A stretch of 64,000 nt of DNA. Source: Chiloscyllium plagiosum (taxonomy: Eukaryota). Each line of letters starts with the position of its first letter. Position 1 is the first letter of the stretch. The stretch covers positions 69,682,847 through 69,746,846 of the forward strand of contig NC_057720.1 in NCBI RefSeq assembly GCF_004010195.1, written 5' to 3'. Of this stretch, positions 1 through 13,761 are shown in pieces. The position numbers and the translations under genes are program-made. Below the pieces are notes generated by a model. That model saw only the letters and a program-made list of their open reading frames with translations. It did no database searches and had not been told where the DNA came from.

Positions 1-503
1 GTTGTGAAACTTGAAAGGGTTCAGAAATGATTTACAAGGATGTTGCTGGGGTTGGAGGATTTGAGCTATAGGGAGAGGCTGAACAGGCTGGGGCTGTTTT
101 CCCTGGAGCGTCGGAGGCTGAGGGGTGACCTTATAGAGGTTTACAAAATTATGAGAGGCATGGATAGGATAAATAGTCAAAGTCTTTTACCTGCGGTCGA
201 GGAGTCCAGAACTAGAGGGCATAGGTTTAGGGTGAGAGGGGAAAGATATAAAAGAGACCTAAAGGGCAACTTTTTCACGCAGAGGGTGGTACATGCATGG
301 AATGAGCTGCCAGAGGATGTGGTGGAGGCTGGTATAATTGCAACAATTAAGAGGCATTTGGATGGGTATATGAATAGGAAGGGTTTGGAGGGATATGGGC
401 CTGGTGCTGGCACGTGGGACTAGATTGGGTTGGGATATCTGGTAGGCATGAACAGGTTGGACCGAAGGGTCTGTTTCCATGCTGTACATCTCTCTGACTC
501 TAT
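1..503 (+). mobile_element. CR1-clade LINE (HER1-like) 3' fragment: ORF2 C-terminus and 3' UTR
   Basis: ORF 40-423 reads LSYRERLNRLGLFSLERRRLRGDLIEVYKIMRG...FFTQRVV..WNELP, the typical CR1 ORF2 tail. It ends in a (ctatgact)-like tail. Confidence 0.92.
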
Positions 504-2019
504 AACCATGCGTAAATGGGGGCAAGGATCTAAGGAGATGATGACAACTGGAAAAGAGTGCTGAAGGAAAATGATGAAGCAGTATCAGAATAAGTGAAAG
601 GAATGCTATTAATAAAGAATGGAGGATATTTGCATATGTCTTTCCTCAAACCCTGTTTAATTTTAAATCTTTTGCTGGTTTTCAACCAAGCAATCCTGCT
701 CCTTCTGATACATTAAAAAGAAAGAGGCATATGTTACATCATGCTCTTCAATGACTTGGGTTGCCGGTTACTGCTGCGATAGAATAGGTGGGCTGCTCAC
801 TGCACCCAATTCACTGCTAAAAAAAAAAAATCACATGAGGATCCTTTCAGGTATCAGAGGGTTTCAACTGGTATATACAATTTGGATGTTCACTTGTTTC
901 GTAACCACCTACTTTGAGAACCCAGGCAATCTAACAATGGGCATAGTAATGGGAAGCAGTATGGCACTATCATACAGTGTTATCCATTAGGGGAGAGGCT
1001 TCAACATCTCTCCTTGGGAGGGGAAACTGAAATCATTGTGAAATCTAGCAATGTCTGATGCCCAGCATTGTGGAGGAAGCAACATTTTTAAATCTATCGA
1101 TTACATAGATCTATATATTGATATGATTTTGCATACTTGTAAATATATTGTACTGACTGTTATTTCCAAGGTGATGAATGTGACTGTATTACTGTCAATA
1201 AATCATTTGTTAAACTCGCATTGGTGTCATTGAACCATCAAATCACTAAAAATATCTTTATGGATCTAACTATGTTATCGTACTCACATTCTGCCATCAA
1301 TAGCTATCATCATTATCAAAAAGTGATGTGGAGAAAATACAGCTCAACAATTGCCATGTGTGGTATATGGAATTTTCACATGGGAAACAAAATAATAATG
1401 GCTAAGTCACATACTTTTACACACAGTGTCCAGGTTTCACTTACACAAGTTTAATATGAATGAACGTGCATCCGCGTGTAAAATAAACAGCTGATTCAGA
1501 GTGTCCACACACACAACATACATCTCTCATGTAACTCGACTGGGGACTTTTCATTCTTAAAATTTTTAACATCACCTTGGCAACTCAGTAAGATTTCTGG
1601 CTGGTAACAACTCAGGCATTTCTTTGAATATAAGCATTTGCTAAAATATTCGTGGGAAAAAAGTGACTGACATATTTATATTTTCCCAAATAGATGTGCA
1701 TTGATTCGGTTATATCTCAATGGAGGATCCATATTCAGTTCTCATTTCTCTTGAAAGGGAAGCTATAAATTCCTGTTCCCCAATCATTTCAAAGATTACT
1801 CTGTTTTCTTCATAAGAGTACCATCTTGCAGATTTTGTCGATGTGTAGGTCCACGCTTTTTTCCCCTCCGCCTATGATTGACACAGCAGTTATTTCCATA
1901 ACTGCCCATAAATTTTTAACTTCAGAGCCAACTCATTTTGTTGTTCTAGCTCAGGGAGTCCAGCTAACAGGCAGAGTGAAATAACATTAGGTTGAATGCC
2001 AGAAGAATAAGACCCTTAC

Positions 2020-2167
2020 CTAGACTGAAGAGCACCAGGAACTTGAGACACACAAACTCTCGCTGATCAAGCTGCAATGAGCGAAGTTTCAGCACAAGCT
2101 CCTGAGCGTGACTCATGAGATTATTGAGAGTGCTCCCTGCCTGTGAGGCGATTACAGAAAAATCCAC
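2020..2167 (-). CDS. NR5A2: NR5A2 (LRH-1) internal coding exon, 148 bp, ligand-binding domain (about H6-H8): [49 protein letters not shown](D)
   Basis: Acceptor ...tgttttcCAG|GTG at 2168/2167 and donor G|GTAAGG at 2020/2019; phase 0 in, phase 1 out; 148 bp matches the conserved NR5A exon. The translation is close to human LRH-1 as recalled ([50 protein letters not shown]). MSHAQE and DQREF favour NR5A2 over NR5A1. Confidence 0.93.
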
Positions 2168-3424
2168 CTGGAAAACACAGAAAACAAACTGATCTTTAAA
2201 ATTTACAATTCACCACACCAGTTTTATTCCAAGGAATCATCTTTGTGTTCGCTGCTTCAATTTCAGATGTGACCACACTGAAAATGAAATGCGGTTTAAT
2301 CTCTCAGCTAGGCGATAAGTGCTTACTCGCGAGTTTTGTGGTTTAACAATGGAGCACAGATTAATAAAGGATACAGACCAAAGCCATTTTATGTGGTATG
2401 ATGGTTTCCCACAACCCTTATTTAATCCTAGCAATCAGACATCAAGTGCACAGCACTTGTTTAAGAAGAACCTCATTAGGAACTAGTGTTTTCTAAGAGG
2501 AATTCCAAATTACCTTCCTCTCGTTAATGTTGAACTTAGACCTTTAGTCTTAATTGTGAAGTATCATGACAATATTCAGGTAGGTGACGTCTCAAAGTAC
2601 ACAGTGAGATGTTATCACGTGGAATCTGACCACAGGGCTCTTTAACTCCCTGAGCTGTGCTGTAGGTCCTTATAGACTTGTCCGCCTGCCAGCAGCTTTC
2701 AGGTGCACTTAATATTTGCAGTGGTAGCAGATTTGTCTGTGAGGCAAGTCCATATCTGCCACTCACTCCGAGCCGACTATATTAAATTTTTATATTTATT
2801 GACAATTCATTACCATAATTGACTGCAGTATGTTCAGTGGTGAATGGAACATTGCTGCCTCTTAAGCAAGCAAGCCAGTCCCTGGAGCAGGATTTGCAAT
2901 TAAAAACAAGGCAGACTGGAATTTTTTATTGGGTAAATATGATGAGTAGAATCTTTAGTTTTAACTGCAAGCCTGGAGAATTTCAGAGGCAGGCCAACTT
3001 TTCTTTTCCCCCTGCAATGGATCAGTATAAATAATGATGTCAGTGAAACCAGCACCCAAAGGCGTCAATCAAATTACAGCAATTTAATTGTATCGAAAAC
3101 TATGTTAATGATGCTACCAACATGTGTCAGGACAGAGTAGGCGTCCCAATCGATTCATTTGTATATAATTTCAGGGAACCTGCTGTGAATCTGACTATTT
3201 GCGGTGTGGTCGTGTTAAGTATGAACAACGTCATGCAATCTGACAGTGGGAAGCCTGATTTGCTAATGGGGTAATGCTCAATGAGCTAACTCAAACGATT
3301 AGATGAAAGGACCATAACCTGTGCCTTTTATATTTAGTTATTGGTTTAAGCGCTGCAATATATACTATGTTACCCAGACACAAGACTTTTCATAATTATG
3401 TCTGACACTCTCTCATATCGCCGA

Positions 3425-3935
3425 TAAGCAATTGATAGTAAGAATGTGGAACTCACTACCACACGGAGCGAGTGAGGAGAACACCGCAGGTGTATTTAGG
3501 GGCAAGATGTCAGGAATAGAAGGTAGTGGTCACAGGCTGAGGTGAAGTAAGATAGGAAGGCATGTGTGTGGAGAATAAGCGACAGCTAGAGAGCACAGAT
3601 TGAAAGTTATCAGTCTTCTCCTTAAGATGATGAAGGTTCTGTTATTTTCTCTCAGATGGCCATTCATATTTGGATTCACATCCCCAGAAAGGTTGGGTCG
3701 ATGAATATATTAAAGGCTGCGTTTGACCGATTTTTGATCGTCAAAGATTACAGGGGGTGCCGGCGAAGGTCCCAATCAGACCAGCCATGATCTTATTGAC
3801 TGGTAAAGCAGGCTCTGGGGAGGGGAGTGGGGGAAATGGACTAATGCTGCTCTTATTTCAAATGTTCTTATAAGCATTGGCATAGACCTGTTAGGCTTAA
3901 TGATCTGTTTCTATATTGTCATTTCTATGTAACTC
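3425..3935 (+). mobile_element. Old degraded CR1-type 3' ends (probably two nested fragments)
   Basis: Matches such as 'agaatgtggaactcactacc', 'aaggctgcgtttgaccgatttttg' and 'aatggactaatgctgctcttatttc' resemble CR1 3' UTR variants. Confidence 0.5.
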
Positions 3936-4740
3936 TACGTTAATGTCCTTAGTGAGCAAAGGGTGGAAGGACAAAATGATTTAACCAAAGCCAGTATTAT
4001 GCACAGTTAAACAATGTAAGACATTGATGCTGTTTGCCAAAGGAAGTATATGGTTGTCTGAAAAATTGTTTCACTGTAAACATTTCCATGTTAAGTGAGA
4101 TTGTAAATGTTACTGCAGCAGCAGTTATTTTCCTGAGATGGTAAGGGCAAGGAGATAAATGAAATGAATTCTTGCCCCAATGTGTCACCCAGGAACAACT
4201 CCCCTGCTTATCCTGTTGGTAGCTCCTGCTTGGTCTGGAGAGATCAATTCAGTGATAAAGGATAGAATCACTTGAATGGGGAGGAGTTGTGATTTCAATC
4301 AATGTGAAAAACTTTAAATAAACCTCATTCAGGCATTGTTTCCATATATAGCTCAGGAAGGACAACAGCCATGTTTTGGTCTCTCTGTGTAAAGGAAGTT
4401 CATTTTGAATCACTCTGACCAGCAAAGCTAATGATAAATCTAAGCATCCATTTCTAACACTAGGACGATATAGGAATTCAGACCCTAAGAACTAACCATC
4501 AGATGCTCTTGGAAATATTTCTGATATATGGGACAGACAGAGTGAAAATTACTTTGACTTTGGGTAGTATTTATGCCATCCCAGCAAAATAAAATAGTTT
4601 CAAATGTGTCGTAGAATCTTCCACTAGGCAACGTCTGACTATATGCTGGAGGGAAAAAGCTTACAGGGAAAAGGGGGTGGTGTGGCACAAAGTGAATTAC
4701 CCCTTCAGGCTCCTTCTGTTCAAAGGCAGCTAAGATTTGG

Positions 4741-5073
4741 GATGACATGGTGGCTCAGTGGTTAGCACTGCTGCCTCACAGTACCAGGGACTTGGGTTCA
4801 ATTCCACTGTCAGGTTAATGTGTGGACTTTGCATATTCTCCCTGTATCTGCCTGGGTTTCCTCACAGTGCTCTGGTTTCCTCCCACAGTCCAAAGGTGTG
4901 CAGGTTAGTTGGACTAGCTGTGCTAAATTGCAAATAGTGTCCAGGAATGGGTGGATTAGTCATGAGGAATACAGGATTATAGAGAAAGGGACTGGATTGG
5001 GTGGGGTGATCTTCAGAGATGTGGACTTGATGATGGATCAAATGGGCTGCTTCCACATGGTAGAGATTCTATG
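4741..5073 (+). mobile_element. HE1-type tRNA-derived SINE (V-SINE), diverged copy
   Basis: Pol III A box TGGCTCAGTGG, B box GGTTCAATTCC, and core 'gtgtggactttgcatattctccctgtatctgcctgggtttcc'. Confidence 0.85.
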
Positions 5074-6751
5074 AAATCTGTACAGCTGAAACACTTAACA
5101 CAGCAATGATTCAATTCTTCTTCTGTCCTATTTCATGCTGAGAAAAAGCTGCATGTAATCCTCCTCACCATCACATACACCATCTGCTGGGCAGTATGCT
5201 TCGTAAGTAAGTTGTTGTATTTGAGCATCTATTTTACCACAAAGCTTTAATAATAGGTTTAAAATGCCTCTGGTATTTTCCTTCATTATGTTTTGAGTTA
5301 TGTTTTTAGAAGTATTATGTACAAAATACTGCTACACGTCGAAACAAGATGTTACACTAACATCAGTTTGAAGTGTTTGAAACAGTAGGAGAATAATGTT
5401 ACATTAACAAGCTTTTCCTAATAAACTAACTTTGTCAGGAGATGCTTGTTGAAGCCTGTCATTTTAATAGAGTGTAAAATAATAGAAGATAATGAACTGT
5501 TTGGCATCCAGCTTTTCCCCAATGACACTGCAACACCAGATGTTCATTAATCAAAGTATGCAAATACCAGAGAAATGTAACACTTGTAATCTGGCAGACA
5601 ACAAAGAGCCAGCCCTTGTTGTTACCCAACATGAATGTAAATCGAACACTAATGGTTGGAAGAGGGAGGCTTACTTGGGGAAAACTTTTGGGAAAAGCTG
5701 CAACTTGCTGTTGACTGAAATGCCTCTCCGGCAGCTAGAAATATAATTCTGGACAACTTTACAGCAACGTAACTTCTGCATGTCCATGTATATACAACAG
5801 CATAATTCAAATGATCATATAATCCCAAAGAGGATGTTCAGGTGAGTTTATACTTGAGATTTCCATTATGTAGTTAAGAGTGAGCTGGACTTTGCATCAC
5901 ATCAAAACTTATAGATTTCATAAGACTCGAGAAAATGTGGTTTGGCTATTTGCTTCAATGTTGATTGTCAGGAGTAAATTGTTGGCCTCATTTTGCTCCA
6001 CCAACTTCATCTAAACTCCTACATTTGAAATAGCAAGACTAACAATTACAGGAATTGTTGGGAAATTTTCGAAGGGTGAGCTAACTGTGCATTATAGGAT
6101 TTAGTTACCCTTCAACTCATAAATATGTACACCAAAAGCATATATTATCAGTCCAGAGCAGATGTGTCAATGCAGTGAGATATGTAAGATCAGAAATATT
6201 TCCATTTGCACAAGGATTTGTAGCCAGCTTCCGCTGGTAATTCACCCTAAATCAGACTGAGCTACTTCCTGCGTGAATGACATTTGGTGCAACTTGAGTT
6301 TCTGCTGTCTTGTGCACAGGCTTAAAAGACATTAAGCTGCAGGTCAGCCCTGCCTCAGACTGACTGAACCACCTCGCTGATTATCCACAAATTGCACTCC
6401 TTTGTGGGGGACTTTGAGGAAGTTTTAAAAATTAAGCTCTGTTTCTTGGGGCTGAAGAGGGGCTAAATAGGATTGAAATATAAACCAGGCACAGAGATTG
6501 TGGTTTCAATCTGCAATACAGGCAGCTCGATAGCTTTGTGCTGCCTGCTGTTCTCCATACTTGTAGTGTGTGGCTAACACTAACTGGATGCTATTTCTTC
6601 TCTGGATGCTTCAGCAGGGGGACATTATTGTGAGTGAATAGCTCACAGCCTGCAAACTGTTTAAATCTCACTAGCATTTCTGATACAGGAACTACATGAT
6701 AGTTAGCAGAGGCACCTTTGTGTGATAAGTCTGTTCAGGGAATGTTGATTA

Positions 6752-6975
6752 ATGGCACAACAAATGAGAGAGCGGCTTCTAAGGTTTTCAGATGGTGTAC
6801 TGCAGGCTAAGGTAAAGCAGGAGCAGAGTACTCACAGAGGGCTGGAGCATCCCACACAATCAACAGACAGTCAGGCTAGATAGCCAAGACAGTCAAAGCC
6901 AGGAGTCAAGCCCCAAGGACTTGGACGCAATTTTGGAAAAGGTTAAATGACCTCGCAGACTGATCAAGGTTAGTG
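6752..6975 (+). pseudogene. Degenerate Myb/SANT-like DNA-binding ORF of a PIF/Harbinger transposon (relic may extend about 6200-8500)
   Basis: MAQQMRERLLRFSDGVLQA...KARSQAPRTWTQFWKRLNDL resembles the Harbinger Myb/SANT pattern (RAPRFSD..LE.L...RT..QCRKK.NDL). It contains stops and is followed by a gttagt donor-like site. Confidence 0.6.
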
Positions 6976-8547
6976 AATGCATCTTCAAATTTCAAATCCC
7001 AAATCCCATTAGCTGCACCACAGGCCTGCCTGTACTGTTCATTGTACCTCACTCCCATAACTCACCTGCCCATTAGCCTCTAAGTCAGGAGTCATACCTC
7101 ACTCATGTTCCTTGTCCATCACACGGTCAGTTACAGCTGCAAGCCTCGCACCTTCAGCCTGCATACACTGCTCAGCCATGACAACCAGCTTATCTAAACA
7201 CATGGAACCACTCTCATGGACACACTTCCCTGACTCTCACAGTACAAGGCAGCTCACAACCAGAGGCAGCAGGAGATGCCTGTATCAGGTATGACGAAAC
7301 TGCATGTCCTAACCACTCGTGGTGGAGATGACACTGAGACTGTGGCCAGTGATGGAGCTGAAATCACTGAAGATGACATGATGGTTGTACCGAACCTTCC
7401 TTCTCATAACTCACTCCCTGCTCCCCCATCTCACATTTGTTTTCTGATTTACAAAAGCACGAACCACTCAATTTCCTTGTCATCATGCCTTTCTCCTACT
7501 GAATATACAAGAACTCCAAACTCGCCAGGATGTGGAGGACCACAGTGAGAAATGACAGTGACGTTGGAAACACAGCATCATCACTTGATTTCACACTCAA
7601 CTCAGACACTGACACTGCACAGAATAGAAAGTCAAGTATAAAGACAGGATGCGTGTGTGGTGGGCACGGAGCATGAGGGCAGAGGGCAAGGGTAGCAACC
7701 ATACCAGTTGCCTGGAGGGGAAGGAGTAACTCAAAGGGGCACTTTGATGGGATAGACTACAAGGGAAGGCTGGTGAATATGCACAGTGAGCAGTTTGCTA
7801 CATTGACAGCTCTGCCAGGTAGCTGTGGCCTAACGTTGAGTACTATGGGAGAATCCAGTACCAACTCTACACACAGCTTGCCTACTCTCCTGCCAAGAAG
7901 GGAAGTGTGGCCAACTCTATGAAGACATTTGCAGATCCAACAATGGTGCAGTACCTGAGGCTAATGTTGAAGCCTCCAGTGCAGCACAAGTTGAAGTCAA
8001 CCCATGTCGGTCTGAAAATTCATATTGAAAGCATAGAAGCTCAGCTCACTACTGTGCACACTCAAACTGCTGCCACTATCAGTTTAAATTACAGCAAACA
8101 TACAGATTGCAGGGTTATACAGCGTTCCAGTCATCTATTCTGGTTATGAAGTTTGCTAAGGTGCTACCTCGTGAGACTGGCCATTGCTCCACGAGCATAA
8201 AGTCTACTTTCCTCTCTTAGGAAGACAGTGTTCATCCTTCAACTCCTGCCACTCCACCATGCTGTACCCAGCCATCCAGTCAAGACCCCTGCCTTCTGTG
8301 GTGAAATGGCACAGTCTAAAGTTGGCTCTTCCAGACTCAAGGTTTCTCCTGCAAGTCCATTGGCAGTGTCCCTAACTAGAAGTCAGCAGCTGTTCACCAA
8401 CCACATCGCACAGCTCTGCACAGGAGAGGCATGCTAAAGGCTGGTGAAGAAAAGTATGCAGTCAGATGATTTATTGACTTTTGTATAACTCACAGTTTGC
8501 ACCTGGATTACTTCAGCACTCACTCTTGGCCCAAGTATTCAAAAATA

Positions 8548-8962
8548 TATAGGAAGGATGTTGTGAAACTTGAAAGGGTTCAGACACGATTTACAAGGAT
8601 GTTGCCAGAGTTGGAGGGCTTGAGCTACAGGGAGAGACTGAATAGGCTGGGGCTGTTTTCTCTGGAGTGTTGGTAGCTAAGCACTGACATTGTAGAGGGG
8701 CATGGCTAGGATAAATAGACATGGTCCTTTTTCACACAGAGGGTGGAGTGTGTATGGAATGAGCTGCCAGAGGAAGTGGTGGAGGCTGGTACAATTACAA
8801 CACTTAAAAGATATCTGGATGAGTATATGAATAGGAAAGGTTTAGAGCAATATGGGCCAAGTACTGGCAATTGGGACTGGGGGATTAGGTTGGGATATCT
8901 GGTCAACGTGGACGTGGTGGACTGAAGGGTTTTTTACGTGCTGTACAACTCTATGACTTTAT
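8548..8962 (+). mobile_element. CR1 (HER1-like) 3' fragment with internal deletions
   Basis: Similar to 1-503 but lacks the TRGHRFRV segment (jumps from 'ataaatagaca' to 'ctttttcacacagaggg'). Confidence 0.88.
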
Positions 8963-11900
8963 ATGTCAATAATTCAAACTTGCTTTACCTTTGAATGGAT
9001 TCCAAGTGAAAAGCCATCTAATGAAACACCATTTTCATTGTGTTTGAAATGTTATACAGCAATGAACAGTAGTCTCTTACGTTCCTGTGTTTTACAAAGT
9101 CAGATCCACTTCAGCAGGGAATTTGTTTAGCAATTCAACAAAGAGGTTCTTCTTTGTACAAGACCCTAATTACCAAACCTAAATATCTGTGTGTCCGGGG
9201 ACTAATGACAGCCAAAGCAATTCCTACCTTCATCCAATATCTTGCACGTTGACATATTCTTAATTTCTCTTTCATATAAATACCTAGAAGTGTTGTGCAA
9301 GAACCTATCGGATAGAAATCAGGATTGGTTTTGTTCGTCGTTCTTAGCAATTCTTTTATGGAGTTAGTTAAAACAATCTTCGGTCACAATATGGAATTAT
9401 GGTGGTATGATTATGATGAATAATAAACACTAGCATTGGAGATTTGGTGCACCCCTTGGTGCACTTGGTGGCAGAGGGGATCTATGCTCAATGGAGACAA
9501 TGCCATGTTCCCAATCTCCACTATCATTAAGCCTGTAAAATGAAGGCCCATTGATGGCATTCCTGTCCCACCATCAATTGAGGCCTTAAAGGTTGGCATT
9601 TGAAAGCCTGATCCTGCCACCCCTGAGTTTAACCCAGATCTTGGTTTTCAATGTGCTGGGTTATTTGTAGCTGCTGGGTCCCTTGTTCAAAGGCACTTTG
9701 AACTAACCGAGGAATCTGGATGTGGAGCAGCATCTGCTGAGAACCAGCCTCCCCTCCACCTCCATGACTCCCACCTCAAGAACAACCCTCCTCCCTTGAT
9801 GACTCTGCTGGGGCCTGGGATACAGGAATGATCCTGAGCATGGGGTGGTTGTTGTACTGGCAGCAGCCACTGCCTTGCTGGTGGCACTATTATTCAATAG
9901 AGCTTCCAAATTGGCCGGCAGCTTGAAATGGGCGGGACTTCTGCCTTGGGATCCTTAATCCAGGGAATAGGTCTGGCACAGGGGATAGGTGTGGTCTCAC
10001 TTAAATGCATGAGTGACAGTTAATGGAGGGTGGCACTATTCCAAAAAAAGGTAGTGTAGGGCTCTCCATTTGGCAAGGGAAACACCCATACTCTCCCATC
10101 CACCATAATGGCTGATATCAGATATTAACTGAGGTGAAGGGTCAACGCTGGGAATTTAATTGATATACTAAAGGTGCAGTTATGTATTTGAAGAATCTGG
10201 AATTTTTAAGTCTATTTATTTTTGAGAAGTGACATTTCTAGCAAGGCTATCATTTATTATTCATCCTAACCGTACCACCATCTACTTGAACCTCTGGAAC
10301 ATCCACAACATTGAGAAGTAGGGAGTTTCAGGATTTTGCATTTCCAAGTCAGAACAGGTATGGCTTTGAGGGGATGTTTGCTTTTTTAAAAGAACACTGC
10401 TTTGGGTGAAAGAACTTTGCTAATTCATTAGAGGATAAAATATTTCGGTTCAACTTCCACCTGCTTCAGAGATGAGTAATTAGCAACTCTGAACAGGTTG
10501 ACGAGAAAATATCGAAAATATCATTGATTAGCAGCAATGTAAAGTGGCTAATGAAAGTATGCACACTCTGTTAGGGGAATAAACCCTTTAGATACATTTT
10601 AATTACAAGTTAACTTTAAAGTTGTGCTGACTTTTATTTATGATGGTCATTAAAACTCCAAAACAACTTTATCTGTTTGAAAACAGTGAATTTAATCTGT
10701 TATCCTGCAACATATTAAGACTGAAACTTCAAAGCTTTTAAAACCTTTAGGCTTTTCTGAAGAGGCATCAAAGCATTAGGTCTTAATTATAAATAGCCTG
10801 CTGTTAGGATACCAATCAAAACACAAACAATAGTCTGCAAGTAGATAATGCAATAAGACAAAAAATTGTTAATCCTTTTCTTTAGCCTTTGGCTGCTTTC
10901 CTTATGTCACACACGATATATCAAACCTACCATGTTATGCACAGACTTGATAACGAACAAAAGCCTGCAGAAAATATAGCACCAGTGATGCAGAGAACTT
11001 CTTCAAGAACTATTGATTAAGTAACAAAGGAACATAGGTCTCATGGTCAGTAAGTTAAGCTACCGCATCTTTTAATTACTTTAAAGTGTAGTGTGCTAGT
11101 CACATTTTGATAGCTGATGTTTTATGTTCTGTGCACATGGGGGACTGACTTGTAGGAGTTTGGTCACAATAACCATTACAGCCTGAGAGACTGATCAGAA
11201 AGAACTATGGCTTGACAGCAATACATTTTTGAGCTCAAGATAAACCTATAGTACTTGTGAGTATTTTTATGGGTTAAGTTTCACATTAGATATCTGCATG
11301 GTGTGATTTGAGTCCTCACACAATTGACCTCTACTTAATGCTCCCAAGTTCTGTGGTCAGTGAGACTACAGGGGCGAAATCCACGTGAAACCATGAACAG
11401 TCACACTAGGAAAGTAAATTTATAAAATAGATTGGAAATTCCATTTTGTAATGGTTAAATTTTTATGTCGCATAAGCACAGAGAACAAATGGTTTCATAC
11501 AGCACTGCTCCTTTAGAAAGACACAGGTCCAGCAGACTTGAATGGTAACATTAAGGAAAAGGGTATAAAGACTTTACGAAATTTAGTTTTGCCAGTGTAC
11601 ACAATACTCCATTATCATTACTTAGAAGGAGAAGGTAGCTAGTGTAGCACAGTAGTTTCTGCTTTGACATTTGTCATAATAGCAGTATTGGACTGAATGT
11701 TTTTTTTTGGCTAAGTGTGAGGTGCATTAAGCTTTTTTGGAGGGATTCTCTCCACAAGGCTTGGCGAGATTTCTTATCAAATGCTGTCTCATTATCTATG
11801 TACCCTGCCTCTATAGTATTCCACAGTCCAATAACAGCACTGGAGAGAATTCATTTGACCAGAAGAAAAACAATAGTAGAAGACCACTTTACGAAGCCAG

Positions 11901-13476
11901 TAAGTGAGCAGTTGAAGCCGGAAAACCAACAGGGAGCAGCACTCACCAGAGCAGCAGAGGTGAAATCAATATTCCAGAAGAGAACCTTCAACTCAAAGCC
12001 AGTAAGTGATGCAGGGAAAACACTGTGAGCTAGCAAAACAGGTATCAGCTAACCAGAATAGAAAGGGACAGAGATCTTAAAGAAGGTAATATGAAAGTAA
12101 TTGGGAGCTCCTGAGGATAAGAGGGATACCATTTCACAAGAACAATGGCCGGGAAGGAAAAATGCAGTGCAAGTTTCCCTTTTGTAATGAGCAACGTCAC
12201 TGTTGGAAGGAGGCTCCATGAGGCAAGGCGACAGAAGACGGGGCAAAGGCTAAAGACATAATTTATACTGAGGCCTCAGTATCACAAAAGTTGTGGAATT
12301 TATTTAAGGGGACAAAATGTTGCAAAGGGATATGCAGTTCACATTCAACACTCTTCACTTTTGATCCTGCATGCATGTCTTGGCTTCAACAACCTTGCCA
12401 TAGTGGAAAGAATTTGACTGTTTCCTGAGAACACCCAATTCAGAAACCAACAGCTGCCAACCAACCTGCAAAGCCATAGCCAGCATAAGGCTTCATGGGG
12501 CTTCTCAGGCTCATAGAAGATGCCAAAAAAATCTATTGATATTACCGAGCTTATGTTGGCACATGAGAACTGTTTCATATTATCAACAAGCAAGGATGCC
12601 TGCACCTTTACAAGACCAGTGAATGTTTTCCATTCCTATTATCACTGCAGAACTTACCACCCATTGTCTATTACAACAGAATTGTCAGTGCCAGTTTCAA
12701 AAGGTAATGGTGAGTGAGAAACAAGCTTCTAGCAAAATAGCTGGCCATGTGAAAATGTCCAGTTCACCAGAAATCAACGAGGATGAACAAAGTCATCCAA
12801 CCCAATTATCAAGCTTAAATACAAATCCTTTTGCATTCAGATGTTTTGACAGATTGGCTATAAAGACTTGCCTGAACAAAATAAAGATGAGCTGCACAGA
12901 AACTCCATGGAAGTCAAACTAATATTCACAATTTAAAAGCAGAGTTAAAACAAATAAATTGCCTGGTCTGAACAATGAAGACGCTGTGAAAAAGAGGATA
13001 CCTTTTCAAATCAAAAAGAAATTATGTTTTCTAGAAACCAGAACACTACACGAACAAAAGCACTTGCTTCATGAGAGTAGCTGTCTTCTACAGTGGACAT
13101 TCATGAGATTTAAAGTTCTCAAGATTATTTCATGAGGCAACTATTTGAGTCAACAGGGAAGGGTTTACCTGTGAAAGGAAATCAGGAGATTAAAGGTCAT
13201 CTAAGTTGATAAGCTAAACAAAGGGCCAAACAGAAATGAATGATATCCTGCATGATGCACACCAAGAAATAAAAGATCTTCCAATGGAGAAGTGATCTAC
13301 AGACGTCGAGATTCAAGGTCACTATCCTCAAGTTCTATCAAGTCAGAAGTGCATGCTTCCTGGAAGAACTCTGTAACACCTACAATTGTGAATTCAGGGC
13401 TTTGAGGGGAGAGAGGGTTGTGGTAAATATAAAAGTAATTATAGACTGAAAGTACAATAGAGAAAAAAGCTTTTTT

Positions 13477-13761
13477 TAGATTACATTACAGTGTGGAAAC
13501 AGGCCCTTCGGCCCAACAAGTCCACACCGACCCGCCACCCACCCATACCCCTAACCTAACACTACGGGCAATTTAGTATGGCCAATTCACCTGACCTGCA
13601 CATCTTTGGACTGTGGGAGGAAACCGGAGCACCCGAAGGAAACCCACGCAGACACGGGGAGAACGTGCAAACTCCACACAGTCAGTCGCCTGAGGCGGGA
13701 ATTGAACCCCTGACTCTGGCGCTGTGAGGCAGCAGTGCTAACCACTGGGCCACCGTGCCGC
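13477..13761 (-). mobile_element. HE1-type SINE
   Basis: Reverse complement begins GCGGCACGGTGGCCCAGTGGTTAGCACTGCTGCCTCACAGCGCC...GGTTCAATTCC and has the tail 'gggccgaagggcctgtttccacactgtaa'. Confidence 0.92.

Noticed and set aside
1964-2019. ORF extension [18 protein letters not shown] as an alternative C-terminus
   Set aside because: This is read-through past a strong GTAAGG donor, and nothing supports intron retention.
4741-4810. tRNA gene (A and B boxes)
   Set aside because: It is the tRNA-derived head of an HE1 SINE and continues into the SINE core; the same applies to the other copies.
11700-13440. Possible ancient Gypsy gag-pol relic (also 22900-23600)
   Set aside because: Only purine-rich, coding-like texture and vague motif hints; I could not confirm an RT or integrase motif, or LTRs, by eye.
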